The notes beneath the pieces are model-generated. The model was not told where the DNA came from. It was given only the letters and a program-made list of their open reading frames with translations, and searched no databases. DNA of 63,979 bases, counting the filler, from Folioceros fuciformis (Eukaryota), in assembly GCA_049999805.1 (NCBI GenBank). It is 9 parts of 9 records of this genome, joined end to end, with 100 filler letters (N's around TTAATTAATTAA, not from the genome) between each part and the next. Parts side by side here need not be neighbours in the genome. Positions count along the whole stretch, not along the records: positions 1 to 8,202 come from JBNGIO010002207.1; positions 8,303 to 15,403 come from JBNGIO010002209.1; 7 more parts are not named here. The stretch is one strand, 5' to 3'. Positions 1 through 11,409 of this stretch are shown in pieces. Every line of letters starts with the position of its first letter. Within the stretch, counting starts at the first letter, position 1. Made by a program: the position numbers and the translations under genes.

Positions 1-987
1 GTTGCTCTGCGGAATTGCATCAAGATAGAGAAATTGGAGGATCCTATCGCCCCGGGTATTACAGCTGTTTCTGCGCTTTGAGTAAGTTCCAGCTGTTCTT
101 GTCTGGCTGCTCACCGTGGCTTGCATTATGCAGTGAAGGAGATCTTAAGACTCTGTCCAGCTGAAAGGCTGATGGCTATCTATAAGCTCCAAAAGTTCAG
201 CACAGTAGACGAGTTTTTGCAGCTTGTAGCTGCAGCCCGCGGGAAGCTAAAAAAAGGGGGTGTAGCTGACACTGTTGCAGCTGCACGAATGGTTCTACAA
301 GACTGGAACACAGGTTGGACTGTTGTGATGTTCCAGGTGTCACGTTACGAGATGGTCTGCACTGGTTGACGTCTACTAACCTTGAGAACTGTGGTTGCTT
401 TTAGGGAAGATACCTTATTTCACTATGCCTCCTAAGCGGAACTCCGGTGAGCAATTGGAGTCCGCCATTGTGTCTGATTGGGGTAGGGAATTTAACGTAG
501 ATGAAGTGTTCGAGCGTGAGCGCTCAGCAGTAATATCCGGGCTGCCATCACTCGGAAGCACTCTTCATGTAGAGATGCCTGGTGGTGATTCCTTAGCCAT
601 GGACATAGACATGAACACGGACATGCAGGAGGTTAGTGTCCCCTTCTCTCTCATGTTCCAGAAAATTTTACAAGTCTTCTCTCTGACTTGTCTTGATGTC
701 ACGTTTCACAGGATGATGATGACCATGAGCACGAAAGTGACGAGGATACTGTTCAACCTGAGACGGAAGAAGGGGAAGAACCTGAAGCTGCCTCTATGGA
801 CACCAGTGAAGTTGTAGCTGAACTGTCCAGGGGTGGTGCCTTCCTCAGACAGAATGACAAGCTATATGATGTGGCTGGCATTCTGAACCCACACGCGAAG
901 CGGGCTGAGAAGAAACTGCGGAAGAAAGCAGCCAAGGTCAACCAGTTTACCGTAGGGGATAAGGAGAACGACTTTATGGATACGTGA
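1..987 (+). CDS. NSN1: Nucleostemin/GNL3-like circularly permuted GTPase, 3' part (5' end outside window); exons ~1-55, 134-312, 405-630, 712-987
   Basis: Spliced translation ALRNCIKIEKLEDPIAP|VKEIL...AAARGKLKKGG..D..AAARMVLQDWNTG|KIPYFTMPP, then an acidic tract and QNDKLY...LNPHAKRAEKKLRKK, typical of the plant GNL3/NSN1 C-terminus; GT-AG introns. Confidence 0.92.
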
Positions 988-1365
988 TCTATTTGCCAGG
1001 ACAGATGAGGTTGTTGGTAGTGGAAGTATCTGAGCTTTTCGATTGGCTAGGCATTCCGCTTCTTGCAGCACGGACATACATCCCACGTCGGGGTTGCATA
1101 ATTGCAGCATTTTTTAAGTAGAAAGTTTCTTCATCGACAGTTTCAAGTGGAACTTCAGATATTATCATAAGCGTCAACATTGTTATTGATATCGCCATCT
1201 CTCAATTTCACTGTTCCGGGGCTGGTGTATATTTACAAATACTAAAACGAGTGCTACGAAATGTTAACGCCAAAACTTCATTCACGTATTTCTCAGCTAT
1301 GTACCTAGTAGTCTACCAAGTCTATCTGATTTTCCATAAATGAGCCCCATAATTGGGGGCGAGTC

Positions 1366-3370
1366 CTACCCGGATGTCCCTACTTTCCTACTTAGATCCA
1401 TCTCTTCACCCTCCTCATCAGCTTCGTCTTCGTTGTTGCCGTTCTCTCCTTTCCAACTGGTGCTATCCGACTTGCCTTCTTCTCCAGCACTGTCGCCTGC
1501 GTAGCTATGATTACTGTGTCCAGGAGACAACCCAACCTTGGGTACTTGCGGAGAGCTCTGCGTTTGGGACGCAGCTTGCTGCTGTTCATAGTAGGGAGCG
1601 TGACCAAGCTGCATTTGTGGAGACTGAGAAAGGTGTGAGTAGTACTCCGGCGTCGATAATGCAGGTTGGCAGAAAGGTGGAACCGATGCTATTCCCTGCG
1701 AAGACGACTGCTGCACCGCCGCTGCTGCGGCCGCATACTCTGGAGGCATCCAAATCCCTCCCAGAACCACCAAGTGGGGAGCCTGATGAGGAGTTGACTG
1801 CTGGGGCGAAGGGCCTGGCCTTCTCGTGTGCAGCCTGTACTTCTGCACAAAGGCAACACAGTGCTTTCGTGTGAGATCACGGTCTCAGCCTTGCACATAA
1901 TGAGGTGGAACCCTTGAACTGGTTTAGTCTCACCTGCAAGTGGCTCTTCACTTCGTCGTTGGTGAGTCCATCCACCTTCATAAGCTCCCGGATTTGCTTG
2001 GGCGTAGCAACTGTTGACAGATCCGGCAGACAACAAATGAGGTCCTCTAAGGACAAGCAAAGCAGTCAGAGGGAAACTCCATCTACAACGTTCTAACCTT
2101 GAGAGCCACCGAGCTGTTGCAACGCGCTCACAAACCGACGATGCAGCTCCGGGGACCAACATCTTCTGGCCTTCCTGTTGGCCCCTCCAGTACTGCTGGT
2201 GGTGGTAGTGGAGCCGGCAGCGCCCCCCTCAAGCTCTCCATTGGCTCTGGAATGGATCGCCGTGACCTGGAGCTGTGACCCATGCTTAGGCCCACGCGCC
2301 ACACACACATCCGCGCTCCCCACCTCCTCCAACCCGCTAGCCAAGCCAGATATGCTGGCGCTCCGCCCACTCGTTAGCTCCCCGTCGCCCGGTGGAGGGG
2401 AGGAGCTCAGCGTCAAATCCGTGCCATTGCAGGCCGCCGCATCCGAGCGGGTAGATACAGGCCGCGTCGCCGTCACCTGCTTATCTCTGATGAAGGGCAG
2501 GAACGCTCCCGCTGGCCGTTGCCTTGAGCTCAGCACCAATCTGGGGCTGCACGAAGTCACCTGCTGCTCTGCATCCCCATCCCCGGATCGCAACCCGATC
2601 TCCTCCGTCACCCCCGACTCCTTCTATACAAAAAACCAAGCACCCGCGTCAGCCACCTTCCACCATCTTGCTCACCCAAACACCGACCCACGCACTGCGA
2701 CACACCAAGTAAAGCTGCTTCCTTGACGCACCTCTTGCCGGCGGCTGGCGCCACTGGACGGCCTGTCCCAGAGCTGCGAATCCACCATCCACGAAGGCTT
2801 GTCCGACAAGCCTCCCTTGACCTGCTCCTTTGCCTGCTCCGTCTCCTTCTCCACCTGCCTCAGCGTATCCCACTTCGGGCGCACCGGCGGCCCCCCATCC
2901 GCGTCCCCGGCCTGGGTGCCGTGGACCATTGAGGACTCCCGAGCCTCGCAGGACTCGGCCCCCTTCTCCACTCTCCCACACGCCAGCTGCTCCTTGGACG
3001 TCTCTATCTCTGCAGCCAAACAAAAGAAGCACTCATCAATCACCACACCACCTTCACGCAAGAACTTTACCCAATGAAACCGAACAAGAACTCTTGCAGG
3101 ATGCCGCAACTCACCGTGATCCAGGAGCTGCAAGCAGAGCGGGAGCTCCCGCTTGAAGGCCTCCACCTTCCTCCTCTCATCCTGCAGCGCCACAAGATAC
3201 TCCTCCAATTTGCGCACCATTTCCGCGCTCCCTGCAGAGAGCAAGGCAGCAAAGCAGAGCAAACCTCATGGTCAGCCCTGGTCCCGTCCGGTCCCCTTGT
3301 GGCAAACTAGCCTTGCGATCCCAGCCTTCAAGAGCCTAAGAGAACCCAGAAGCCCTTGCTTACCTTGCAT
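1366..3370 (-). CDS. GARP/G2-like Myb transcription factor of the NIGT1/HRS1/HHO family (multi-exon; start uncertain)
   Basis: N-terminal coiled coil [35 protein letters not shown] motif, Myb domain [68 protein letters not shown] motif; stop at 1366-1368. Confidence 0.93.
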
Positions 3371-3679
3371 TGCACTTATCGGGCCCAGACCAGCTCCGTG
3401 CTCGCAGCAACAGCACCCCACCTCCTCCCCAATTGCATTGGACGCGATGAGAGACCCGTGGCAGATGCCGATCCCGGCTACCACGCCGCAGCTCGAACGA
3501 GCCCGGATACCCAGCGCTGCGAGAAGCAAGCATACAAGGGACTAGAATGCCTGGAGCACTAACGGCATCAGAAGCATCAGAGAAGCATAACATCGGAACC
3601 GGGGATGCAGGTCACAACAGGCAGCCAGGTCCCGGTCCCAGCCCAGCGCAGGGAAGGGAAGGGCAGCGGGCATGGCTTG

Positions 3680-3955
3680 GAATATTCTGGGGAGATAAGG
3701 ATGTGCAAAAAATGGCGACAGATGCTCTATACCGATGCGCATATGCGGCGAATGGACTTGGGAAATTCCGGTCGGGAGATCTGCCAAAGTAACAGGTGCA
3801 GTGAACTCGGAGGCTCGGGCCGAGCCTGGAGCCTCGGGTCACTGCCGCCAACCCATTCGTCGCCTGCTCAGATTCCTTCCCTCTGGCCCACTTTCTGGGG
3901 CTGCCAGAATATGCGACACGATTCCTGGATGGAATCTCCGGGTACCGGTATATCC
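3680..3955. promoter_or_regulatory. Cluster of four P1BS (GNATATNC) elements upstream of the HHO/NIGT1 gene, interleaved with GAATC/GATTC sites
   Basis: GAATATTC 3680-3687, GCATATGC 3739-3746, GAATATGC 3907-3914, GTATATCC 3948-3955; a fifth GTATATCC at 4381-4388. Confidence 0.65.
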
Positions 3956-4519
3956 AACCCCTCTTCACTGCTGATTCCATTCCAACGGGCTGCTCTGCTG
4001 TCGACTGTGCAGCAAGTTCCCGTTCTGTGTGTCCGTCCCACCAGATCCCCTAGTGCCTCCAGGATCCCAGGATCTGAAAGGCGGCACTGCCACTGGCAGA
4101 CCCACCCTCTCTCATCAAACGAGCTGACACGACGACAGTCGCTGACCGCCTGGAGAGAAGGCTTGTGCACAGTGGATTGTAGGGTGCATTCATATGCACA
4201 GCACCCGGACGGTGACGGGATTGATGGATGCATGATTCCACACTCTAATAAGCAACAGGGCTAAGGAAAAATGGTCCAGCCAAACATTCCCAGCATCTAC
4301 CTACGAACATACAGTATGTCCTCTGCTGCTGCTGTTCCTGCCGGCTGGTCGGAGTGCTCCAGCACCTACGCCGTACCTTGGTATATCCCCAAGGCCAGAA
4401 TGGTTCCTCGCTTGGATGCCTGTACCTCGAGGGAGAACCAGAGGAGGATGCTAGCAGATGCTAGTGCTCCTTCTCCTTCTAAACCAGTTCCTCTTCTGTA
4501 TAGATAACACAGCTGCGTT

Positions 4520-6031
4520 CCTCAAATCGCAGATCGCTTAGTACATGATTCAGATGCACGAAAGGGGCATAGCCACCGTCTGTCATGGACCCTGCCTCTG
4601 TTACAGTGCGGTGTGTCGGGTCTCGTACATGGCAACTCTACATCTTATGTCCGGGTCCTCAACGATTTCTTGTAAGAACTTCTCCTAGTCGCTGGCATTC
4701 CGGACCCGGTCATGTCTGCCTGTCTCTCCTCCTTCCTTGGCTAGAGTCCTGGGTTTCCAAGTCCGAGGCGAGGCTTGCCTCTCCTCTTCTGCCGTTTCTC
4801 CTCATAGCTTTTCTTCTCAAACACTGCCTCTGGGAGACCTGTAGGCCTTTGTACTTGTCGAGCTCCATGTCGTTCGCGTTCGCACCTTAGAGGTAGTAGC
4901 CTAGAGCGTAGTCACCCGGGTTCAACACATGAGCTACTAAAATGTGTCCGCACTGTGAAGATGGTATCGTTCTTGCCAAAATCGCTACTGCGAGCAACCT
5001 TTGCGACCGCTAAACAGTATTTCCCACTGTTCTCCGCAACTTCCCGCTCCTTGTCGGTGTCAAGGACAGTGTACTCCACAAGCTGTTTGGTGGAAACCAG
5101 TGCCCTATATGGAGTTCTCCAGTACTGCGAAGCATCTACAGATGCAGGCCTCAGAGTCAAGGAGTCTAGCAACATCAGGCTGTTGGTCAACCGTGTCCAT
5201 AAAACCAGAGGCCCAATGTTGCCCAGACCTGACGCCACCTTTTGAGGTCAACAAATTAAATCATCCTTGCAAACAAGACTCATCTCGACAGAGAAAGTGA
5301 ATTTATAATTGTCCGAGTTGCTCTTGGTATCAAAAGACACAAGCTGCTTGGCACTCCGACTCTTGACGGGAATCACATTGCTAAGGAAGTCAACGAACTT
5401 CAGGGCATGACTTCCGAAAAGGGAATCAATCCTCTCGTGTATCTGTTAATGTTGATGGTTTGATATGATGTACTACACATAATCACTATCAGCAGTTCTA
5501 AATACAAAATAGGTGCTCTTATGATCCACCTTCTGCCTCACTTGCACCACCGTAATCCACTGCTCAAGGTTTGCCGCAGCCCGGGAGCAGGCATCACACA
5601 TTCGATCTTCCACCACATAGTGCACCACACAAGTACTGCTGCTCCAGAATTGCCCCGTGCACTACTTCCCTCTGAATCTTAAGCTTCACCTTCAACCTCT
5701 CAGATGCGGCTCTGTCGAAATGAATCCCGCATCTGCCAACCTGACCTTGTCCAGATTGTTCAGCCGCTTAATGCCGAAGGTGAGCAACTCCTGCTGCGCC
5801 TTCAACGAGGAGCTTGGCGGCTGCAGAAGCGCTCACACTTGGGGCAGTAGAGTAGAGAACAGTCAAGTTCTTCTGCAGTCCCTCCGTGATTTCCACCTGC
5901 GCCTTCAGACAGGCCACGCACATGTTCGTAGCATTCGGGGCCATGGACACGCCGGACACGCATCACAGCAACCTCCCCATCGTATGCTGCAGGATGAACA
6001 TGCCTCCTGCCAGCGGGCTTTCCAGCCCCAT
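4520..6031 (-). pseudogene. NMD3: NMD3 (60S ribosomal export adaptor) pseudogene, intronless, several stops and frameshifts; 3' end approximate
   Basis: Fragments GMFILQHTMG..., MAPNATNMCVACLKAQVEITEGLQK, CPKCER, ASGLGNIGPLVL, QYWRTPYRAL, KFLQEIVEDPDIR match NMD3 in order but in shifting frames; in-frame TGA at 5963-5965. Confidence 0.88.
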
Positions 6032-6708
6032 TCCTCCTCCATCCTGCAATCAATCCTGCAACCTCCAACAGAGCCTCAAGATTCAACCAACTCCCCCGCC
6101 TTAGACCGCCCGAGCAAGCTCTAGAGGATCTTTACCAACCTCTCCCTCAAAGGGCCGTTAAGAGGGGTTAAGTTAGGTTAGTCCAGTTTACCTCAACGTC
6201 TGTCTAGTACTAAACCTTGACTTCAGAATGGACTAACCTAATAAGTTGGGGGAAGAGGCAAGCTGCGAAAGCACCCTTCAGAGCTGCGTGCCTCCTGAGT
6301 GCGTTCTTCTCCCAACCCTTGCCCTTCAACAGGGAGCCGCACTCGTTTTACAGCCCTGTGCCGTAGTGGTGATCGTCGCAAACAAGTGCTCTGCAACCTA
6401 AACCATGAAATTCTACTAATGCTCAAATTCATGCATTACAGCTGTGGCATACTGATCGTGGGATAATCCAGAACATGCCAAGCAAATTGGTCCATCAACT
6501 TGTCGTTGCCAAAGCATGAGATTGGCCGGGCTTTAGCTGGCAGCATTCAATGCTCCCACACAGACGTGTTGTGCATGCGAGCACGAAAAGCAGCAGGAGC
6601 ATCCAGAGTCCACCAATTTCTTGAGCAGGCTCTTACTCCGGCATAGATGATTGTAGGAGGAAGGGTGTCACTTAGGCTAATTGCGCGTCCGCCGGGCCGC
6701 CTCACACC

Positions 6709-7326
6709 ATGGGGGCTTCTTCGACGCTAGGGCCGATCGAGAATACAGCCCTGATTAAAGAAAACTATCGCCGCGAGTCGAGATTGGCCACAGTGTTCAT
6801 GAACAACATTCCGAACAAGATGCCTAAAGATCACGTCTCTCAACCGGGCAGTGCACATTCCACCGCAAGTTCGGGAGCCAAGCCTGCAGCGACGGCTGCA
6901 GCTTCCAAGCCTGCTCCTGCCCCTGCACCGCCTGCAGTGGATCCCATGCGCTATCCAACCGATGAAGAAACCAAGAGAATGAATGACCTCTCCATGAAGC
7001 TGTGGAAAAGGGTGAATTCTGGCTACCTGATTCCTACAAGAAGAATTGAGAGCCTGGCCTCGTCAGACTTCAAGTACAACGAACGGCTGATCGAGAAGAC
7101 GGACCGTACATTCATGCACAAGCGGGATCTGTTCTCTGAATACGTCGAGGCTGCGGCCAGAATGGGAGGCATGTTGATGAACAAGAAACCCTTGGCTGAC
7201 AGGCCAGTTTCTCGAGGCAAAAACAAGGGAGCGGCACCAAAGGCCGCTCCCGCTGCTGCGGCACCGGCTGCTCCGGCTCCGGCTCCCGCTCCTGCTGCTG
7301 CTCCATCGCCAGCTGCCCGAGCCTAA
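6709..7326 (+). CDS. Intronless 205-aa hypothetical protein with Ala/Pro-rich linkers; possibly FAM183/CFAP144-like microtubule inner protein
   Basis: Clean ORF with good start context (caccATGG) and coding-like composition; non-repetitive blocks ENTALIKENYRRESRL and FMHKRDLFSEYVEAAAR; family assignment tentative. Confidence 0.7.
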   Translation: MGASSTLGPIENTALIKENYRRESRLATVFMNNIPNKMPKDHVSQPGSAHSTASSGAKPAATAAASKPAPAPAPPAVDPMRYPTDEETKRMNDLSMKLWKRVNSGYLIPTRRIESLASSDFKYNERLIEKTDRTFMHKRDLFSEYVEAAARMGGMLMNKKPLADRPVSRGKNKGAAPKAAPAAAAPAAPAPAPAPAAAPSPAARA

Positions 7327-7563
7327 CGAGCTCCAATTTTGATAGAGTACCTAACGGCTCTCTTCAGACATCGAAGTTCTGTGACAGAGTATCCTCTCAA
7401 AACTGCTTCGACCCTCAAGGCACCGAGTTTTCCAGCCGCTACTCACGAGGAGACATTTGTTCAAACTACTGTGGATCATTCCACTTGTAGCGTCAAGAAT
7501 GGCCTTTATTTATCACCTTCAATTGAAAAACAGAGACTAGGCAACGTCCTATGACATCAAGGC

Positions 7564-8097
7564 TTATTTCAAACAAAATGGACTATTTTGCTGTGTGTAA
7601 ATAAACCTATCTTCACACTCAAAGTCGAACCCATAATTTTTAGCCAGGGTAAGAAAATTAGTCACAACATCCTGAGATAGTGTTGGCTTCCTAGATAACA
7701 CAAACAAAGACTTGATCAAGTTTCCTCCAACTTCAGTGCATGAATATACCAAAGCTGCATCATATCCCGTGTTTGCTGATCCTGTGACGACCAATATCCA
7801 ATATGGTGCTTTAAATGTAAGAGAAGAGTTTGGTATCGGAGTATACACATCAATCTTCCCATGAGAACCCAAGTTCTGGACACCAGTTGCTTGAATTTGA
7901 ATCCTTGGGAATGTAATGTTCTCCTCTTTGATGATTCTAGTCTTGATAGTGTTGCTTACCGACAAAATCTCCTTCTTAATGTCATGAAAGGTAACATTGA
8001 CTTTGGTGTTTTCTTTTAGAAGTAGTGTTGTTGCATCCTGCAGCTCCAATGCTACATTTGATTTCTTCATTGTTTTCTCCTTTTGCAATACTCCAAT
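7564..8097 (-). CDS. Lipocalin-family protein, last exon only (5' part cut off by contig end)
   Basis: APYWILVV...GYDAALVYSC...SLFVLSRKPTL (lipocalin SCR2/SCR3) and terminal TQQNSPFC; AG acceptor near 8098. Confidence 0.78.
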   Translation of the reverse strand: MGVLQKEKTMKKSNVALELQDATTLLLKENTKVNVTFHDIKKEILSVSNTIKTRIIKEENITFPRIQIQATGVQNLGSHGKIDVYTPIPNSSLTFKAPYWILVVTGSANTGYDAALVYSCTEVGGNLIKSLFVLSRKPTLSQDVVTNFLTLAKNYGFDFECEDRFIYTQQNSPFCLK

Positions 8098-8202
8098 CTA
8101 CTTACGAGCATGCAGTTAGCACAATAAAGTTTAGGGGACAAAACATCTTAATCATGAATTCAAAAAATATATACACAGATATATATATATATAATACATA
8201 CC

Positions 8203-8302
8203 NNNNNNNNNNNNNNNNNNNNNNNNNNNNNNNNNNNNNNNNNNNNTTAATTAATTAANNNNNNNNNNNNNNNNNNNNNNNNNNNNNNNNNNNNNNNNNN
8301 NN
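8203..8302. other. Artificial contig-joining spacer (N44-TTAATTAATTAA-N44)
   Basis: N runs flanking a six-frame stop linker. Confidence 0.98.
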
Positions 8303-8323
8303 TACCTATCCAAAATGAAAGTC

Positions 8324-8660
8324 AAACTTTGATGGCAAATCAGTTAACGTGTGTGTTCTAAGAAATCATCCTTTATATATTCACATGTAGAACTTTGTGA
8401 GCTTAGCACAATGGTAGTCTTGGTTTTCACAAAACATGTCTCCAATAGTTGTTATGAATGTTGAAAATTGCAATCAGACTTTATGTATCTAGTGCAAAAA
8501 TTAAACTTTGATGGTGAATAAGTTAACGAGTATACTTTAAGAAATCATGCTTTATATACCCACATGTACGGCTATGCAAAATTTTCACCATGGTGGTCTT
8601 AGTTTTCACAAAACATGGCTCCAATACTTGCTAGAAATGCTGAAGGGTACAACTATCCTC
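8324..8660. repeat. Diverged tandem duplication, period ~179 bp, AT-rich
   Basis: AAACTTTGATGG...AAGAAATCAT..TTTATATA..CACATGTA...TTTTCACAAAACATG..TCCAATA recurs at ~8324 and ~8503. Confidence 0.8.
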
Positions 8661-11409
8661 TAATTTTAAATGCAAACTAAGATTGATTCTTAAAAACTGT
8701 AGCCACAAAGCAAACTAAAACTTTGAATAATGCCACTTTCTTCTTTTTAAGGATTTCTAGTTTTTTTGTCGTAAAGCTTAATAAGCTGGCACCACCAGTT
8801 GAATTCCTTAGAAAGTCTTTCAATTTTGTACCACGTTCTTATTCTTGGCTTCGTACATCGTTGAACTATCCATATTGAAGTTATTGTGTATAGAGACATA
8901 TCATGCCTCACACACAACATAAACATAATTATGTAAATAAAGATCAACAATGTTAAACTATGTATATTTTATAGGTCCCTTCTTTATTTAGATAGTATTG
9001 TGAGCATTATTCATCCTGTTGTCCTTGTAGGTCAATTTGCATTAATGTTAGCGAGACTTCGAACTCTTATTAAAATCAAGACAAATTTACACATAATATT
9101 GTAATGACCTTATTCCAAATGTTAAATCCTAGAGAGATAGAAAAACTATGGATAAAGAACTTAAATCTGTTGCTACCAACACTTGCTACGAACATCAAAA
9201 GACCAATATTATTTTGGTGTTTTGTTGAATTTTGTCTTCATTCTATCTCTTATGTAGATAAGGTTTATCACATGATGCTTTTTCCACGCATTTCCTCTCT
9301 TGCCACCAGGTGAAGATTCCTTTATCTTCATGATTGGCTCTTTCTTTATTGCAATACGTTATCATTTAGCTGGCACTAAAAAGATTTACACACAATCTTC
9401 ACACTAGGGGATATTGAGACTAAGCTGTTGTAGTGGTTGTATAAACCATAGAAACGATTAGGGTAATCAATCTCAGCACCCGCAATTAACAAAAGGCAAA
9501 AAGCAACTGCAATGTGTAAAGCAAATCCTAGGGAATACAATATTGGACTTGGGTAAATGCAGAGGCTCCATTGGGTGAAGAACCACTTAACTACAAAGAT
9601 CATTGTTAGCATTGTAGTAGGCACATAGAATTAAGGGCGTCAAAGAGAGGCAATGGAAGGTTGTGTACGAAGAGAAAGGCTAATTCAAGAGGTGGGGATG
9701 CCTTGAAATCATTTGGAAGCAATAGTTGAGCACAAGGCTTACTAGACCTAACAATTGAGGCAAGAAATGTCGTGTTCTATAGGTGGAGCTGGATGCGGTG
9801 GAAGCGAGTATTGGCAAGCACACACGAGGTGCCCAAGGCACTTCGTGTGATATTGTAAGGTAAGATGCGCTTTGAGGAGGTGAGGTAGACCGCAGCTCAT
9901 CCTTCAATATATTGTCAATAAGAAGATGAGGAACTCACTTATAGTATGAAGTAGGCGATGCCTCTACGTCCATAATGAGGTGCCTACTAAGGCACTCTAG
10001 GCTAGTGTGCAATAGAAGGAGGCACTGACTTCCGCAATGTTACGAAAAATCTAGCAAAGCTTGTGCATGGTTTGTGCAAAAGTTTGGGCTTAGTAGAGTC
10101 ACTTGAGGGAAATCTACACGAGTTAAGAGCAACTACATGATTATTGTGCAACAGATGTCAAGGTTGCCTCATTAGCTGAAGATCGATAAGGTTAGGGATG
10201 TGTGTGCTTTAGAGGACGTGTAGGTGTAAGAATGTCCGAGGTAGTGCTCTCGCAACACCAAAGATTATTGTCTCTAGTGGTTCTGTTCATGATGGTGTAT
10301 ATAGAATTGTTGCCTAAACCTTGCAACTTTAGTTTTGTGAATTTTGTTGTGAGCTTGTAAGTGCAACATGGTTGTTGCTTTGGCCTATTCAATGCTTAGT
10401 GGTTGAACTGTATTCTTCTTCCTTCCTATCGCCTTCTATTTTTTGTGATGCTGAAGTAGAGGCCTTGCATGGAATCTGATGTTAATCTTTTTGAGGGCTT
10501 CATTTTGGACTAGGAAGTAGTGATTGACCTTTTGAATTGCACTATGGCTATGCTAGTGGAAAATTGGACGTTTGAAAGAAGTGCAATGTGAATTCTAGGC
10601 ATGAAATTTGGTTTGCATGTCATCTTTCTCGTGTAGGAGTGATATTTGTTATGATTAGTGTGTCAATGAGGTTTCTAGGTATGTGTCTATGCGTAAACTG
10701 TAAAGCTTACACATAGACACGAACCCTAGAAAAAGAAGGTTGTGGCTCAAGCGGTCCAAAATTGCTATCCTATAAGAGGGCAAAAAATTTTGTGTATACT
10801 TTGGAGGTAGTTATGACATGACTATGTACAATATTTACATAGAAAATACGAATTGAAAAAATGTCCATAAGCTTGTGACCCATTGGTATTCCATATTGGA
10901 GCATGAGCAATTCTAGTAATGAGAAGATATATACATATTAGGTGCCATTGGTAACGGTGTATAGCATGGGCTTAGAGGGGCTAGTCTTCCTTTTGGTTTG
11001 ATTGTTTTGTGAAATAGATAAAATTTTGTCTGAAAGTTTTGAATAAAGTGTCGGTGCATGACTTGGAGCAGAATCGTACGATTAGGTGCTCTTGGCTCCG
11101 AGTTTTGGATCAGCCCAAAGACCTGGCCAGATACGCACGTTACTGGTCCACTGGAACTCATATTTCAGTCTATTATTGTGTCTCAGTTCATTTGTCAAGC
11201 ATTTGCAGTCCGCTAAGCTGCGAGTCTGCGACAAGGTGTGCCTTTGTGGTGCGTCTCCATCGAAGGGTGCTCCTGCGGTTTAAATTCTCGCTCTCCTCAC
11301 ATTGCTGTCGAGACGACGATGCGCATTTGAGCGGCGGCCTTAGTACGCATCGGCTCTGCCATAGAGAGCAATCTGATTCCGAGATTTGGTTTGCAGGAAA
11401 CTGTGCACG

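Noticed and set aside
3360..4507. Overlapping GC-rich ORFs such as 3605-4264
   Set aside because: No recognisable domains; region behaves as HHO 5' UTR/promoter
5963..5965. In-frame TGA as selenocysteine, readthrough or RNA-editing site
   Set aside because: Accompanied by several frameshifts and other stops; simple decay explains it
1..6031. Functional 60S-biogenesis cluster of NSN1 and NMD3
   Set aside because: NMD3 copy is a pseudogene and an unrelated gene intervenes; likely coincidence
8247..8258. Recurrent palindromic TTAATTAATTAA motif and ORFs ending in ...LIN
   Set aside because: Artificial linker inside N spacers, not biological
8700..10700. Possible decayed transposon coding remnants
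   Set aside because: No motif could be recognised with confidence in any frame
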